Source: Streptomyces sp.
GTDB lineage: Bacteria; Actinomycetota; Actinomycetes; Streptomycetales; Streptomycetaceae
Assembly (NCBI RefSeq): GCF_036524955.1
Contig: NZ_DATDBG010000178.1
Location: 2,606 to 66,605 of the forward strand
DNA length: 64,000 nucleotides
Direction of reading: 5' to 3'
The notes under the pieces were generated by a model that was not told the DNA's origin, did not search any database, and worked only from the letters and a program-made list of their open reading frames with translations. Made by a program: the position numbers and the translations under genes. This document shows, piece by piece, positions 27,511 through 35,452 of this stretch; the stretch's first letter is position 1, and each line of letters begins with the position of its first letter.

Positions 27511-28268
27511 ACGACGGTGAACAGCGGACCTTCGGACCGCTCGGCAAGGTTCTGGTCATCATCCCGACCTACAACGAGGCCGAGAACATCAAGCCGATCG
27601 TCCAGCGGGTACGGGACTCGGTGCCCGACGCGCACCTCCTGATCGCCGACGACAACAGCCCGGACGGCACCGGCAAGCTCGCCGACGAACTGTCGCAGAC
27701 CGACGAGTACGTGCACGTACTGCACCGCCACGGCAAGGAAGGGCTCGGCGCCGCCTACCTGGCCGGCTTCCGGTGGGGCATCGACCAGGGCTTCGGCGTG
27801 CTGGTCGAGATGGACGCGGACGGGTCCCACCAGCCGGAGGAGCTGCCCCGGCTGCTCACCGCGCTCAAGAACGCCGACCTGGTGCTCGGCTCCCGCTGGA
27901 TTCCCGGCGGCAGGGTGGTCAACTGGCCCAAGTCCCGCGAGATCCTGTCCCGCGGCGGCAGCACGTACTCCCGGCTGCTGCTCGACGTGCCGATCCGCGA
28001 CGTCACCGGCGGCTACCGGGCCTTCCGCAAGGAGACCCTGCAGGGCCTGGGCATGACCGAGGTCGCCTCGGCCGGGTACTGCTTCCAGGTCGACCTCGCC
28101 TGGCGCGCCACCAAGGCCGGGTTCCACGTGGTGGAGGTGCCGATCACCTTCGTGGAGCGGGAGCGCGGCGACAGCAAGATGAGCCGCAACATCGTCGTGG
28201 AGGCGCTGTGGCGGGTCACCGCGTGGGGCGTGGGCGCGCGGGTGGGCAAGCTGGTCGGCAGGGACTGA
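27507..28268 (+). CDS. ppm1: Polyprenol-phosphate mannose synthase (GT2)
   Basis: VLVIIPTYNEAENI, LIADDNSPDGT and EMDADGSHQPEELP. GTGA overlap with lnt. Only the last 762 nt of ORF 25371..28268 is real. Confidence 0.9.
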   Translation: MNDGEQRTFGPLGKVLVIIPTYNEAENIKPIVQRVRDSVPDAHLLIADDNSPDGTGKLADELSQTDEYVHVLHRHGKEGLGAAYLAGFRWGIDQGFGVLVEMDADGSHQPEELPRLLTALKNADLVLGSRWIPGGRVVNWPKSREILSRGGSTYSRLLLDVPIRDVTGGYRAFRKETLQGLGMTEVASAGYCFQVDLAWRATKAGFHVVEVPITFVERERGDSKMSRNIVVEALWRVTAWGVGARVGKLVGRD

Positions 28269-28353
28269 GCAGGGGGTACGGGGTCCGCGGTCGTCCACAG
28301 GGTTCTGCGGGCACCGACCCGGTCTTTACCTGTTTTTTGGCACACTTGACGGT

Positions 28354-28926
28354 ATGACGACGAGTTCACCGCCCCCCGTTCGCCCCCGCCCGGTCCCGCA
28401 GCCACGCCGACGCTCGCGCGCCCGTACCGCGGTGCCGCTGGTGATCGCGGCCTGGGCGGTGCTGGAGATCTGGCTGATGACGGTCGTGGCCGGGGCGACC
28501 AGCGGGTTCACCGTGCTGCTGCTCCTGCTCGCCGGGTTCGTGCTGGGCGCGGCGGCGGTGAAGCGGGCCGGGCGCAGCGCGTGGCGCAACCTCGCGGCCT
28601 CCGTCCAGCAGCCCGGCGCGCCGACGACCCCTCCCGCGGGCGGCGGTCGCACCGGTCTGGCCATGCTCGGCGGCCTGCTCCTGATCATCCCGGGCTTCGT
28701 CTCCGACGGGCTCGCCCTGCTGCTGCTCTTCCCGCCGACCCGCAACCTCATCGGGGTCGTCGCCGAGCGGGCCGCGGCCCGCGCCCTCGCCAGGCACCCC
28801 AGCCCGGACCCGGGCTCCCTCAACGACCTCTTCCAGCAGGCCCGCGAGGCCGAATCCCGGTCCCGCATACACCGCCCCGACGGCAAGGTCGTCCAGGGCG
28901 AGGTCATAGACCGCGACGAGCGGTAG
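28354..28926 (+). CDS. fxsA: FxsA-family membrane protein
   Basis: LEIWLMTVVAGATSGFTVLLLLLAG...LLLIIPGFVSDGLALLLLFPPTR is the typical FxsA/UPF0716 pattern. Confidence 0.75.
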   Translation: MTTSSPPPVRPRPVPQPRRRSRARTAVPLVIAAWAVLEIWLMTVVAGATSGFTVLLLLLAGFVLGAAAVKRAGRSAWRNLAASVQQPGAPTTPPAGGGRTGLAMLGGLLLIIPGFVSDGLALLLLFPPTRNLIGVVAERAAARALARHPSPDPGSLNDLFQQAREAESRSRIHRPDGKVVQGEVIDRDER

Positions 28927-29040
28927 CGCCGTCGCGGCACGGGGTGCGTGGACCACGGCCTGCCCGAACACGGCCGGTGTACGCGAACACGGTCGGCGTC
29001 ACGTGAACCGCCGTGCACCCGGGCCGCCGCGCAGACGAAA

Positions 29041-29079
29041 CGCCCGGTGCGGGAGCGGATCGCGCTCCCTCACCGGGCG
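29041..29079. terminator. Bipartite hairpin between the convergent fxsA and rbpA genes
   Basis: CCCGGTG-GGGAGCG pairs with CGCTCCC-CACCGGG. A second hairpin, GGCCCCC...GGGGGCC, lies at 29092-29118. Confidence 0.5.
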
Positions 29080-29123
29080 GGAAGTGTCAGCGGCCCCCGT
29101 CGTCGCGGGCCGGGGGCCTGGGG

Positions 29124-29498
29124 TCAGGCGCTCTTTCGGTTGTCGCGCGGGTGCACCGCGATGTTCATCGCCCCGGAGCGCAGGACGGCCAGCCGCTCGG
29201 CCAGCACCTCCTCGAGCTCTTCCAGCGTGCGCCGCTCCATCAGCATGTCCCAGTGCGTACGCGCGGGCTTGGTGGTCTTCTCCTCGGGGCCCTCTCCGTC
29301 CACCAGCAGGGCGGTCTGGCCGCAGGCGCGGCACTCCCACTCCGGCGGAATCTCGGCCTCAACCGAGAACGGCATCTCAAAGCGATGGCCGTTCCGGCAT
29401 GCGTACTCCACGGTCTGGCGCGGGGCCAGATCGATGCCGCGGTCGGTCTCGTAGCTGGTGGCCCCGAGTCGCGTGCCGCGGAGAGCTCGCTCACTCAT
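29124..29498 (-). CDS. rbpA: RNA polymerase-binding protein RbpA
   Basis: MSERALRGTRLGATSYETDRG...YACRNGHRFEMPFSVEAEIPPEWECRACG...ARTHWDMLMERR. Start at Met 11 of the ORF-track entry. Confidence 0.9.
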   Translation of the reverse strand: MSERALRGTRLGATSYETDRGIDLAPRQTVEYACRNGHRFEMPFSVEAEIPPEWECRACGQTALLVDGEGPEEKTTKPARTHWDMLMERRTLEELEEVLAERLAVLRSGAMNIAVHPRDNRKSA

Positions 29499-29560
29499 GA
29501 ATCGTGCCTCCCGGGCTTGGTCGCCCACAGGACAGGTGTCGCTGTCGTCGTCATCCGGTC

Positions 29561-29587
29561 AACGTCCGGTCGGCGGTGAAGATTCCC
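29561..29587 (-). promoter_or_regulatory. Sigma-R (ECF, thiol-stress) type promoter upstream of rbpA
   Basis: The minus strand reads GGGAAT-N18-GTT (GGGAATCTTCACCGCCGACCGGACGTT), about 65-90 nt upstream of the rbpA ATG. This matches the GGAAT-N18-GTT consensus. Confidence 0.55.
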
Positions 29588-29754
29588 GTTTAGGGACATG
29601 CGTCGCCCGTCGTGTCGCCCCTGTTTCTACCCACCGGTGCCCGCTTTGTCACATCTGGACGGAGATGTCACCCGGTGTTGTCAGATCTTTTGCGCGCAGT
29701 AACGGTCAGGCTGCGGGGCCAACCGCGTACACTACCGGTCCACACCGCCTCCGG

Positions 29755-30696
29755 CTAAATCGTGTCCTGGGAGGGCTGACGCCCGAGCTCCTGGAGTGGG
29801 CGGCCGAGGGACGAGGCTGGCCGCGGAGGGAGTGAGCAGGAAGTCCGACCGGGGACGCCGCAGGGCTGACGCCCGAGCTCCTGGAGTGGGCGGCCGAGGG
29901 ACGAGGCCGGCCGCGGAGGGAGTGAGCAGGAGGACCGACCACACTGCTCCGGGTTCGGTTCCCGCGCTTCCCGGCGCAACACCCCGGAACCGGCCACGAC
30001 CCGCCCGCGCGCCGGCCCGACGGGGTCGTCCGGCAGTGCCAGGACCCGCAGGAAGAACTGCGCGAGCGGTCCGATCGCCAGCGCGTACAGCACGGTGCCG
30101 GGCCCGACCCCGCCGCCCAGCGCGTAGCCCGCCGCCAGCACCGACAGTTCGATCCCGGTGCGGATCAGCCGCAGTGAGCGGCCGGTCCTGCGGTGCAGCC
30201 CGGTCATCAGGCCGTCGCGCGGCCCCGGGCCGAAGCGGGCGGTGATGTAGAGGCCGGTCGCAAGGCCGTTCAGCAGCACGCCGGTCACCAGCAGCGGTAC
30301 GCGGTAGGCGAGCGCCTGGTGGTGGGGGACCAGGGCCAGCGTCGCGTCGATCGTGGCGCCGACGAGCACGACGTTGGAGACCGTGCCCAGCCCCGGCCGC
30401 TGCCGGATCGGCCACCACAGCAGCAGTACCGCCGCGCCGACGACAATGGAGACGACGCCGATGCTGACACCGCTGTGCCGGGCCAGACCCTGGTGGAGCA
30501 CGTCCCACGGATCGAGGCCGAGCGCGGCGCGGATCACCAGCGCGTCGCTCGCGCCGTACAGCGCCAGACCGGCGTACAGGCGGACGAGGCGGCGGTACGG
30601 CACCGGGCGCGGCGGCCGGAACACCGGCCGGTGCGGCAGTGGACGGAGCGGGAACAACGGAACCCCCCCTGGCGGTCGAGTGAGTGGGCATGTCAC
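29755..30696 (-). CDS. YczE/YitT-like multi-pass membrane protein whose reading frame runs on through both repeat copies
   Basis: RRLVRLYAGLALYGASDALVIRAALGLDPWDVLHQG..., 5-6 TM segments. GTG start at 30696. The first in-frame stop is only at 29755. Confidence 0.6.
   Translation of the reverse strand: MTCPLTRPPGGVPLFPLRPLPHRPVFRPPRPVPYRRLVRLYAGLALYGASDALVIRAALGLDPWDVLHQGLARHSGVSIGVVSIVVGAAVLLLWWPIRQRPGLGTVSNVVLVGATIDATLALVPHHQALAYRVPLLVTGVLLNGLATGLYITARFGPGPRDGLMTGLHRRTGRSLRLIRTGIELSVLAAGYALGGGVGPGTVLYALAIGPLAQFFLRVLALPDDPVGPARGRVVAGSGVLRREAREPNPEQCGRSSCSLPPRPASSLGRPLQELGRQPCGVPGRTSCSLPPRPASSLGRPLQELGRQPSQDTI
29773..29850 (+). repeat. 78-nt intergenic repeat element, copy 3
   Basis: GGGCTGACGCCCGAGCTCCTGGAGTGGGCGGCCGAGGGACGAGGCTGGCCGCGGAGGGAGTGAGCAGGAAGTCCGACC. 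Confidence 0.9.
29863..29940 (+). repeat. 78-nt intergenic repeat element, copy 4
   Basis: Identical to copy 3 except for 3 positions. Separated from copy 3 by 12 nt. Confidence 0.9.
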
Positions 30697-30755
30697 TCTG
30701 TGGCCTGTAAGGGCTTCGGTTCCACGGCCAATCTGCGAAAGGTGGACTGAGTTCC

Positions 30756-32243
30756 ATGTCCCAGTGGACCGCGTCGGTGAGTGCGGCGCATCTGGCCCGG
30801 CTCCTCGAACCGCGACCGCAGGCCGGCAACGGGCGGAAGCTTCCCGCGTACCGGGGACTCGCCGACGGGATACGGCTGCTGGTGCTCGAAGGGAGGGTCC
30901 AGGTCGCCGCGCGGCTCCCGGCGGAACGCGAACTCGCGCTCGCGCTCGGCGTGAGCAGGACGACGGTCGCGGCGGCGTACGAGGCGCTGCGCGCGGAGGG
31001 GTTCGCGCGGTCCCGGCGCGGCGCGGGCAGCTGGACCGCGATCCCCGAGGGCCACGCACTGCCCTCGCGCAGCCTGCAGCCGCTGCCGCCGGACGCGGCC
31101 GGCTCCGTCATCGACCTCGGCAACGCGGCGCTGCCCGCCCCCGAACCGTGGCTCACCCGCGCCATGGAGGGGGCGCTCGCCGAACTGCCCGCGTACGCGG
31201 CCACGCACGGCGACTTCCCCGCGGGCCTGCCCGTGCTGCGCGAGGCCATCGCCGACCGCTACACCGCACGCGGCGTGCCGACCATGCCCGAGCAGATCAT
31301 GGTCACCACCGGCGCGATGGGCGCGATCGGCGCGGCGGCGCGGCGGCTGGTCGGCCTCGGGGAGCGGGTCGCCGTCGAATCGCCCAGCTACGCCAACGTG
31401 CTGGAGCTGTTCCGCGAGACCGGTTCCCGGCTGGTCCCGGTCGCGCTCCGGGAGGACCTGGGCGGCTGGGACATGGACGCGTGGCGGCGCGTGCTGCGGG
31501 ACGCGGCGCCCCGGATGGCGTACGTGATGCCCGACTACCACAATCCGACCGGCACGCTGGTCGGCGACGACCAGCGGCGGGACCTGGTCGAGGCGGCGCG
31601 CGCCGCCGGGACGGTCGTGGTCGCCGACGAGACGATGGCCGAGCTCACCCTGGACGGGGAGGAGCCGGGGGTACGGCCGATGGCCGCGTTCGACCGCGGT
31701 GGCACGGTGATGACGGTCGGCTCGGCGAGCAAGGCGGTGTGGGCGGGGCTGCGGATCGGCTGGGTGCGCACCACCCCCGACGTGGTACGGCGGCTGGTCT
31801 CGGCCCGCGCCTATCTCGACCTCGGTTCGCCCGTGGTCGACCAGCTCGCCGTGGCCTGGCTGCTGCGGGGCGGCGGCTGGGAGCAGGCCCTGACGGCGCG
31901 CCGCCGCCGGGCCCGCGAGTGCCGCGACGACCTTGCGGCGGGGCTGCGTTCCCACACCCCCGACTGGGAGTTCACGGTGCCCCGCGGTGGCATGACCATG
32001 TGGGTTCGCACGGCCGACCTCTCCGGGTCCCGCCTCGCCGTGACCGGTGAACGGCTGGGCGTCCGGGTGCCCTCCGGCCCGCGCTTCGGTGTGGACGGCG
32101 CGTTCGAGTCCTTCATCCGCGTCCCCTTCACCGTCAGCGGCCCGGCGGCGGCGGAGGCGGCGGCCCGCCTGGCCCAGGCGGCGGATCTCGTACGGTCCGG
32201 TGGCGGCGCCGAGGGCGAGGGCTCGGGTCTCTTCGTGGCGTAG
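30756..32243 (+). CDS. MocR-subfamily GntR regulator (wHTH + PLP aminotransferase-like domain)
   Basis: LPAERELALALGVSRTTVAAAYEALRAEGF HTH. Aminotransferase fold I body (SPSYANVLE..., SASKAVWAGLRIGW with the PLP lysine). Confidence 0.85.
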   Translation: MSQWTASVSAAHLARLLEPRPQAGNGRKLPAYRGLADGIRLLVLEGRVQVAARLPAERELALALGVSRTTVAAAYEALRAEGFARSRRGAGSWTAIPEGHALPSRSLQPLPPDAAGSVIDLGNAALPAPEPWLTRAMEGALAELPAYAATHGDFPAGLPVLREAIADRYTARGVPTMPEQIMVTTGAMGAIGAAARRLVGLGERVAVESPSYANVLELFRETGSRLVPVALREDLGGWDMDAWRRVLRDAAPRMAYVMPDYHNPTGTLVGDDQRRDLVEAARAAGTVVVADETMAELTLDGEEPGVRPMAAFDRGGTVMTVGSASKAVWAGLRIGWVRTTPDVVRRLVSARAYLDLGSPVVDQLAVAWLLRGGGWEQALTARRRRARECRDDLAAGLRSHTPDWEFTVPRGGMTMWVRTADLSGSRLAVTGERLGVRVPSGPRFGVDGAFESFIRVPFTVSGPAAAEAAARLAQAADLVRSGGGAEGEGSGLFVA

Positions 32244-32452
32244 CGATACCCGGTCGGGTGCGCGGCGACGGTTGCGGCGGTGCGGTGAGTCCGGGCGCCG
32301 CCGGGCCGCGCCGATCACTCCCCGCCGCGGCGGAACCGGGTGGCCGCACGCCGCTTCCGTGAGCTCCGGGCCGTCCCGCCGGACACGCCGGACACGGGAC
32401 GGCGGAGCCGGACCGGCTCCGACCGGGAGCGGGCCGGCCCGGGCGGGCGGCC

Positions 32453-34183
32453 TCAGCCCAGTTCGAGGTCGGCCACGGTGCGGACCACCGCGTCGCCGCG
32501 CAGGGGGATCGGGTCCGGGCCGGGGTCGGGGTTGGCCGCGGGCACGATCTCGGGCGCGGGCTTGGTCAGGTCCACGCCCGGGGACTCCTCGTGCGGGACG
32601 GACTCCGGGTCCGGGTCCTGGCCGCGGCCCGGGAGGAGGGCGAGGACGGCCTCCCGCTGCGCCGACGGAGCCTCCTCGTCGTAGGGGTCCGGGGTCGCCG
32701 GAACCTGGAGCCGCAGCACCGGCCCGGTGCCGAGACGGGCATAGCCGCGCCCGGGCGGCACCTCCGCGGCCGGTGTGGTCAGCTGCGGAGCGCCCAGTAC
32801 CGCCTCCACATGCTCGGGTGCCAGCGTGCCGAGGACCACCCGCGCCCGGGTCTGCGCGATGACGACCGGCGCCAGCGCCTCCGTCGCGTCGAGCTGGTCC
32901 GCGACGGCGACCGCGACGTTGGCCGTACGCCCGTGCCGCAGCGGCACATCCAGCAGGATCTGCGGGTCCGGCCGCCCCTCAGCGGCCGCGAGTTGGGTCA
33001 GCGCGGTCGGCCGGTCGAACAGAATCCACAGCGGGCGCCGCACGTCCTCGGCGACCGGATTCCCCGCCTGCCGCGCCCGGTTGACCGCGATCAGCCGCCG
33101 CTCGGTCTCGTGCGCCGCCCATTCCAGGGTGGCGGCGGCGCCGAGCAGCCCGTCCTCGACGGCGAGCACGCCCGGCCGGCCCGCCAGGCACGCGTACTCC
33201 CCGCTGCCGCCGCCGTCGATCACCACGATGTCGCCGTGCGCGAGCGCCTGCAGCGCGATGGACCGCAGCAGGCTCGTCGTGCCGGTGCCGGGCTGGCCGA
33301 GCGCGAGCAGGTGCGGCTCGGTGGAGCGGGCGCCGGTCCGCCACACCACCGGAGGCGCGTCCCGCGTCTCCTCCCCGCCGGTCACCGGCACGGTGCGCGG
33401 CACCGCGTCGGTGTCGGTGAACCCCAGCACCGTCTCGGTCGGCGGCATGACGAAGCGCTGGGCGACGATGTCGGTCGGCAGTGGCGGCAGCGCGGTCAGG
33501 GCGAGGTGGTTCTCCTCCTCGTTCCAGTCGAAACGGTATTCCCGCCCCCGGCCGGCCTTCGCGTGCAGAAGGTGCTCGACCCGGCTCCGGGAGGCCACCT
33601 CGCCGTCGGTGAAGTACGCCGGATAGCGCAGCCGCAGCCGCACCAGCCGGCCGTCCTGGAACTCGTACGAGCCGAACGCCCGCCGCCATTCGCCGTCGTG
33701 CGCGTAGAGCGGTGCCGAGTCGCCGGGGTCGGACAGGTACGGCACCAGCGCCTCGTAGAGCGACTGGAGCCGTACGACCTCGGCCTCGGTCGGCCCGGCG
33801 GGCGCCGCGGGGGCGCGGTCCCGGCCCATCCACCCTGCGGACGCCAGGATCGCGATGGCGCCGAGGATCGGTCCGTACGGCATCATCACCACCGCGACGA
33901 CGCCCGCGGCGGCCAGCACCAGCGCCGGGCCGCGCCGTTCCTTCGGGGTCCGGCCCCACCAGCCGCCCGCCCAGGCCGCCTGCCTGCGCATGCCTCGGGC
34001 GATGGTGATCACCGGGTGCAGCACGTCCGTCGCGCCGTCGGCCGCGGTACGCGCCAGATCACGACCGCGGACGAGCGCCGGTCGGCTGCTCAGAATGCTG
34101 GGAAGGGGACGCCTGGCCACGGCTGCTCCATGGGGTGGTTCGGGTGTGGGGGACGCGCGGGGGAGGACGGGGGCGGAAGGCAT
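32453..34183 (-). CDS. sffA: Membrane-anchored FtsK/SpoIIIE-like protein (SffA-like)
   Basis: Two N-terminal TM helices. FtsK-like P-loop region LLALGQPGTGTTSLLRS and WILFDRP. Lies directly downstream of a 64-aa membrane-protein gene, as in the published smeA-sffA operon. Confidence 0.7.
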   Translation of the reverse strand: MPSAPVLPRASPTPEPPHGAAVARRPLPSILSSRPALVRGRDLARTAADGATDVLHPVITIARGMRRQAAWAGGWWGRTPKERRGPALVLAAAGVVAVVMMPYGPILGAIAILASAGWMGRDRAPAAPAGPTEAEVVRLQSLYEALVPYLSDPGDSAPLYAHDGEWRRAFGSYEFQDGRLVRLRLRYPAYFTDGEVASRSRVEHLLHAKAGRGREYRFDWNEEENHLALTALPPLPTDIVAQRFVMPPTETVLGFTDTDAVPRTVPVTGGEETRDAPPVVWRTGARSTEPHLLALGQPGTGTTSLLRSIALQALAHGDIVVIDGGGSGEYACLAGRPGVLAVEDGLLGAAATLEWAAHETERRLIAVNRARQAGNPVAEDVRRPLWILFDRPTALTQLAAAEGRPDPQILLDVPLRHGRTANVAVAVADQLDATEALAPVVIAQTRARVVLGTLAPEHVEAVLGAPQLTTPAAEVPPGRGYARLGTGPVLRLQVPATPDPYDEEAPSAQREAVLALLPGRGQDPDPESVPHEESPGVDLTKPAPEIVPAANPDPGPDPIPLRGDAVVRTVADLELG

Positions 34184-34268
34184 CGGTACGGGCCCGGAGC
34201 GGGGACGACCGCTGCCGGGCCCGTGGCGCTGGCCGCAGGAGGCCGTGGTGGCCGTACCGGACGGCCGG

Positions 34269-34463
34269 CTAGATCCTGAGCCCGCCGATCAGATTGGCCA
34301 GGCTGGCGCCGCCCGCCCTGATGCTCGGGGCGATGGCGGAGCCCGCGAGGTAGAAGCCGAAGAGGGTGCACACCAACCCGTGGGACACCTTCAGGCCGTC
34401 CTTGCGGAAGAACAGGAACACGATGACGCCGAGAAGGACGACGCCGGAGATGGACAGGATCAT
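34269..34463 (-). CDS. smeA: Small two-TM membrane protein (SmeA-like)
   Basis: MILSISGVVLLGVIVFLFFRKDGLKVSHGLVCTLFGFYLAGSAIAP.... GGAGAAG RBS 7 nt upstream of ATG 34463. 64 aa. Confidence 0.65.
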   Translation of the reverse strand: MILSISGVVLLGVIVFLFFRKDGLKVSHGLVCTLFGFYLAGSAIAPSIRAGGASLANLIGGLRI

Positions 34464-34756
34464 TGGGCTCTTCTCCTGGATGATGGGGACGGTCACCATG
34501 AGTTCTTCCAGGCTCACAAAAAGTAATAGATCACGCCTGGTGGCAAACGGGTGATTTGTCACGGATTTCCGCCACTCGGGTGAGAGTGTCCATGTCCCGA
34601 GTCGGGCGTCGGCCGCGATCTCTGCCCGGGCCTGCGGGTTCGGGCGGCGCCGCTGCGGCGGACCCGGGCGGCGGGGACCGGATTGGCCCGATCGGGCGAG
34701 GGCGGCCCTCGCCGAGGCGAGCGGGCCCGTTCCGGCAGGATGACCGGGTGCCTCAG

Positions 34757-35377
34757 ATGACCCCGATCACCTGGCCCCGGCTGGCCCAGGCGCTGGCCGA
34801 CCGCCTGTCGACCACCGCGCCGCCGGGCCCGTGGTGGCGGATCGCGGTGGACGGCGCGCCCGCCGCCCGTACCGGAGACCTCGCCGACGCCGTCGCCGCC
34901 GCGCTGCCCGCCCTCGGCCACCCGGTGCTGCGGGTGCGGGCCACCGACTTCTGGCGGCCCGCGTCCCTGCGCCTGGAGTACGGGCACCAGGACGTGGACG
35001 CGTACTACCAGCTCTGGCTGGACACCCGCGCGCTGCGCCGAGAGGTGCTCGACCCGCTCGGCCCCGGCGGCACCGGCCGCGCCCTGCCCTCCCTGCGCGA
35101 CCCGGTCACCGACCGCTCCACCCGCGCCGACTACGTCGACCTGCCGCCCGGCGGCGTGCTGGTGCTGGACGGCCCGCTGCTGCTCGGTCAGGGGCTGCCG
35201 CTGGACCTGACCGTCCACCTGCGGCTGTCGCCCGCCGCGCTGGAGCGTCGTACCGGGCCCGCCGAGCGGTGGACGCTGCCCGCCTTCGAGCGCTATGCGC
35301 GCGAGGCGCTGCCGGAGGAGATCGCCGATCTCGTGGTCCGGGCCGACGACCCCCGGCACCCCGCCTGGAGCGGCTGA
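34757..35377 (+). CDS. Uridine-kinase-like protein with a degenerate P-loop
   Basis: RIAVDGAPAARTGDLADAV occupies the place of a GxxGxGKT loop. VLVLDGPLLL is the Walker B-like strand. Overall pattern parallels the CDS at 13251-13865. Confidence 0.5.
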   Translation: MTPITWPRLAQALADRLSTTAPPGPWWRIAVDGAPAARTGDLADAVAAALPALGHPVLRVRATDFWRPASLRLEYGHQDVDAYYQLWLDTRALRREVLDPLGPGGTGRALPSLRDPVTDRSTRADYVDLPPGGVLVLDGPLLLGQGLPLDLTVHLRLSPAALERRTGPAERWTLPAFERYAREALPEEIADLVVRADDPRHPAWSG

Positions 35378-35452
35378 ACACCCGCCCCGTCCAAGGGCTT
35401 TCGGCCCCGCCTTGCCGTGGGACCGCGCCCCCCGCTAGCGTCCCGGAGCACC

